DNA of 37,502 bases from a virus. Lineage: Duplodnaviria > Caudoviricetes. The DNA lies in the IMG/VR virus record IMGVR_UViG_3300020269_000018, positions 1 to 37,502 of that record. One strand, written 5' to 3'. This document shows positions 35,742 through 37,502 of the stretch, piece by piece; position 1 is the stretch's first letter; every line of letters starts with the position of its first letter. The position numbers were made by a program, and so were the translations under genes. Below the pieces are notes generated by a model. It was not told the DNA's origin. It worked only from the letters and a program-made list of their open reading frames with translations, and ran no database searches.

Positions 35742-35849
35742 CTACATTTTTTTAGATTTTTTAGTGGTTTTTTTCTTTTTTACAGCAGTTTTAGATTTTT
35801 TTGGTCTGCCAACCTTAGAACCATAACTGCCCTTGCCATAGGGGGACAT
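35742..35849 (-). CDS. Basic peptide, 35 aa (MSPYGKGSYGSKVGRPKKSK...)
   Basis: Translated by hand; starts right after the capsid terminator and ends 2 nt before the next ATG. Confidence 0.7.
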   Translation of the reverse strand: MSPYGKGSYGSKVGRPKKSKTAVKKKKTTKKSKKM

Positions 35850-35880
35850 AAAAAAAAGGGTATCTAATAATAGAATACCC
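35850..35880 (-). terminator. Terminator after the major capsid gene (T7 T-phi analogue)
   Basis: GGGTA-T-TCTA-TTAT-TAGA-TACCC followed by T8 on the - strand. Confidence 0.75.
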
Positions 35881-35901
35881 CATTTTGATGATTTAGGTAG
35901 A

Positions 35902-36888
35902 TTAAGTAGCAGACAATTTAATTGTTGCTGCTGCTTCTGGTCTTAGGATTCCATGACCTAAAGCATATTTAGCAACCATTAATGTACCCTGATACATAAT
36001 ACCGTAGTCAGAACCAGAGATCTCAGTTGTCATGTCCTGTAGTTTTACAGTACCGACTGCTGATTTGTGGAATACTAAACCAATAGTTTTACTATCGTCA
36101 CCAGAATAAGTGTTGTTAGCTCCACTTGGGTTAGATGATACGTTTGACTGAGGTACGTTGTTACTCATCATTACAGGAATACCTGCAACCATTTGAATAC
36201 GACCTGATGCAAATGAACCATTACCTTGAGGGTTAAAGTCAGTATCAACAGTTCTTGTTGCTGTTTCTGCTAACTTATAGTACTCAGAAGGTGGTAGTAC
36301 ACAGAAACGATCTGTTGGAGGAATGTCAGTTTCATCAAATGTCTGTGCAATGTCATAAATAGCTGCTGCTATTTCATCACCTGTGACGTTTGCTGATGTT
36401 GTATTACCTGTAGGTAATGTCAAGACAGTACCACCATTACCACCAGTTAGTGTTGCTGAAGCTCTAGAAGCATTAGCAATTACTTTTGCTACGTTTTGAT
36501 CAAACGTTCTTGCTAAAGCTTTTCCTAATTCAGCACTATAAATTTGCCTAACGTCATAATGGTTCTTCATTTCTTCTAAAGAACTGACGAAAGCTTGGGA
36601 AATTAGGAGGTCATCAATACTTATGATTTTTTCATTAGCTTTGATTTGGTTCGCTCCTACTAATGGAGTCCCGATTGTATGATACGCTGCTGTTGCAGTA
36701 CCTAGAACTGGGAATTGTGCTGATTTACCACTCGCAATTGTGCGAACAGTATGCATTGCTTCGTTAAAAATATTGTTTTCAGCAAAAGAAGTTAGAACTT
36801 CCCCACTAAACGTTTTTAAAAACAAAGCATCATAACTTGTACCTGTATTGTTAACAAGTCCAAGCCTACTTACCGTAGCATTAGCCAT
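35902..36888 (-). CDS. Major capsid protein (T7 gp10-like)
   Basis: ALFLK.FSGEV, RTI.SGKSAQFP..G, IDDLL, HYDVR..YS.ELG.ALA, Y..GHG.LRPEAA. Confidence 0.97.
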   Translation of the reverse strand: MANATVSRLGLVNNTGTSYDALFLKTFSGEVLTSFAENNIFNEAMHTVRTIASGKSAQFPVLGTATAAYHTIGTPLVGANQIKANEKIISIDDLLISQAFVSSLEEMKNHYDVRQIYSAELGKALARTFDQNVAKVIANASRASATLTGGNGGTVLTLPTGNTTSANVTGDEIAAAIYDIAQTFDETDIPPTDRFCVLPPSEYYKLAETATRTVDTDFNPQGNGSFASGRIQMVAGIPVMMSNNVPQSNVSSNPSGANNTYSGDDSKTIGLVFHKSAVGTVKLQDMTTEISGSDYGIMYQGTLMVAKYALGHGILRPEAAATIKLSAT

Positions 36889-36934
36889 TTTTTGTTAAAA
36901 AAAATTGTGTAACATGGGTTGTTTACTCCCTGTC

Positions 36935-36965
36935 ACAAGCGTTATCTGACGTATCAGGCACTTGT
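36935..36965 (-). other. Structured 5' leader of the capsid mRNA
   Basis: ACAAGUG-C-CUGA-UACG-UCAG-AUAA-CGCUUGU stem with UNCG loop and asymmetric internal loop. Confidence 0.55.
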
Positions 36966-36995
36966 TACCTTTGGTGAGGTAAATAACTTAGTTGT

Positions 36996-37004
36996 AGTAT
37001 AACA
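36996..37004 (-). promoter_or_regulatory. Extended -10 promoter element TGTTATACT for the inverted structural operon
   Basis: TGn-TATACT ~110 nt upstream of the capsid ATG; divergent TATAAT on + at 37030-37035. Confidence 0.5.
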
Positions 37005-37045
37005 AAAACTTATATAAGGTAAAGTTATTTATAATATTTTTTAGA

Positions 37046-37502
37046 ATGGACATACCAGATATAGTGTCTCCTGATTTACCTGACACTAATTATATTCTTA
37101 ATCCACCTAAAACAATTTTTTATCCGCCTGTGGTTGAAGAACCCTATTTAGATCCAATCCTTCTTCCAAGTCTGGAACAGGTAGAGTCGGGTTTGGGAGG
37201 TCAGGAATCCTCTGCTGAAGAAGAAACAACATCTTCAAAGGAGGAAGCGTTAGAAGTAACACCAGAGACAATACCGACAAACCTGCCAACCACCAAAGAA
37301 ACTTTATCAACTGAAGAACCTGTAGCTACGTTCAATATACCATTTTACGGTGAAATGCCTATACCTGCACCAGAGGTCATTGCATCTTCTGTAATCGCTG
37401 CTGGTACAGCTTCAGTTGCAAGTGTGGTTGGTGGTATTGCTATGCAATCAGTATTAGCTTTTATCAAGAAAACATTTAAGAAAATCTTTACTAAGATTCT
37501 TA
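37046..37502 (+). CDS. Partial conserved phage protein, Pro/Glu-rich with a C-terminal hydrophobic segment (MDIPDIVSPDLP...PIPAPEVIASSVIAAG...)
   Basis: Translated by hand; open for 152 codons to the window end, so missing from the ORF track. Confidence 0.75.
   Translation, partial: MDIPDIVSPDLPDTNYILNPPKTIFYPPVVEEPYLDPILLPSLEQVESGLGGQESSAEEETTSSKEEALEVTPETIPTNLPTTKETLSTEEPVATFNIPFYGEMPIPAPEVIASSVIAAGTASVASVVGGIAMQSVLAFIKKTFKKIFTKIL

Larger units (their letters stand above)
1..37502. mobile_element. T7-like podovirus genome, near-complete and permuted; probable marine cyanopodovirus lacking DNA polymerase
   Basis: T7-type RNAP, SSB, endonuclease, primase/helicase, exonuclease, portal, scaffold, capsid, tail tubes, internal virion proteins and terminases; no host housekeeping genes. 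Host inferred from AT richness and small ORF families I recall from cyanophages. Confidence 0.92.

Noticed and set aside
18779-37310. Short ORFs inside structural genes and 37107-37310 (-)
   Set aside because: Shadows; the + strand ORF from 37046 explains the last region better.
37490-37502. Exact circular closure of the window
   Set aside because: No terminal overlap seen; bases 1-25 look like the end of another gene, so some sequence is probably missing.

Overview
This window is a near-complete, AT-rich T7-like podovirus genome (Autographiviridae-like). It is circularly permuted, starting and ending in the late region, and most likely infects a marine picocyanobacterium such as Prochlorococcus (host is inferred). 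Gene order on + is terS, terL, a ~650-bp non-coding gap (probable genome ends), early genes (ArdC, small ORFs, NrdR-like Zn ribbon), tyrosine integrase, single-subunit RNA polymerase, SSB, endonuclease I, primase/helicase, exonuclease, portal and scaffold. An ~18.6-kb block from major capsid to tail fibres lies on the - strand. No DNA polymerase, ribonucleotide reductase, psbA/hli or CI-like repressor is visible; this layout resembles my recollection of P-RSP2-like cyanopodoviruses. The main new observation is a 20-nt element just after terL (2621-2640, GGATAAGTGACTGAGCAACA). It is preceded by a T7-like ACTATA/GG start and followed by a 15-bp hairpin. It is complementary to the translation-initiation regions of five early genes, including ardC and the integrase start codon. 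This suggests a multi-target trans-acting small RNA that silences early genes, although a repeated DNA operator is not excluded.
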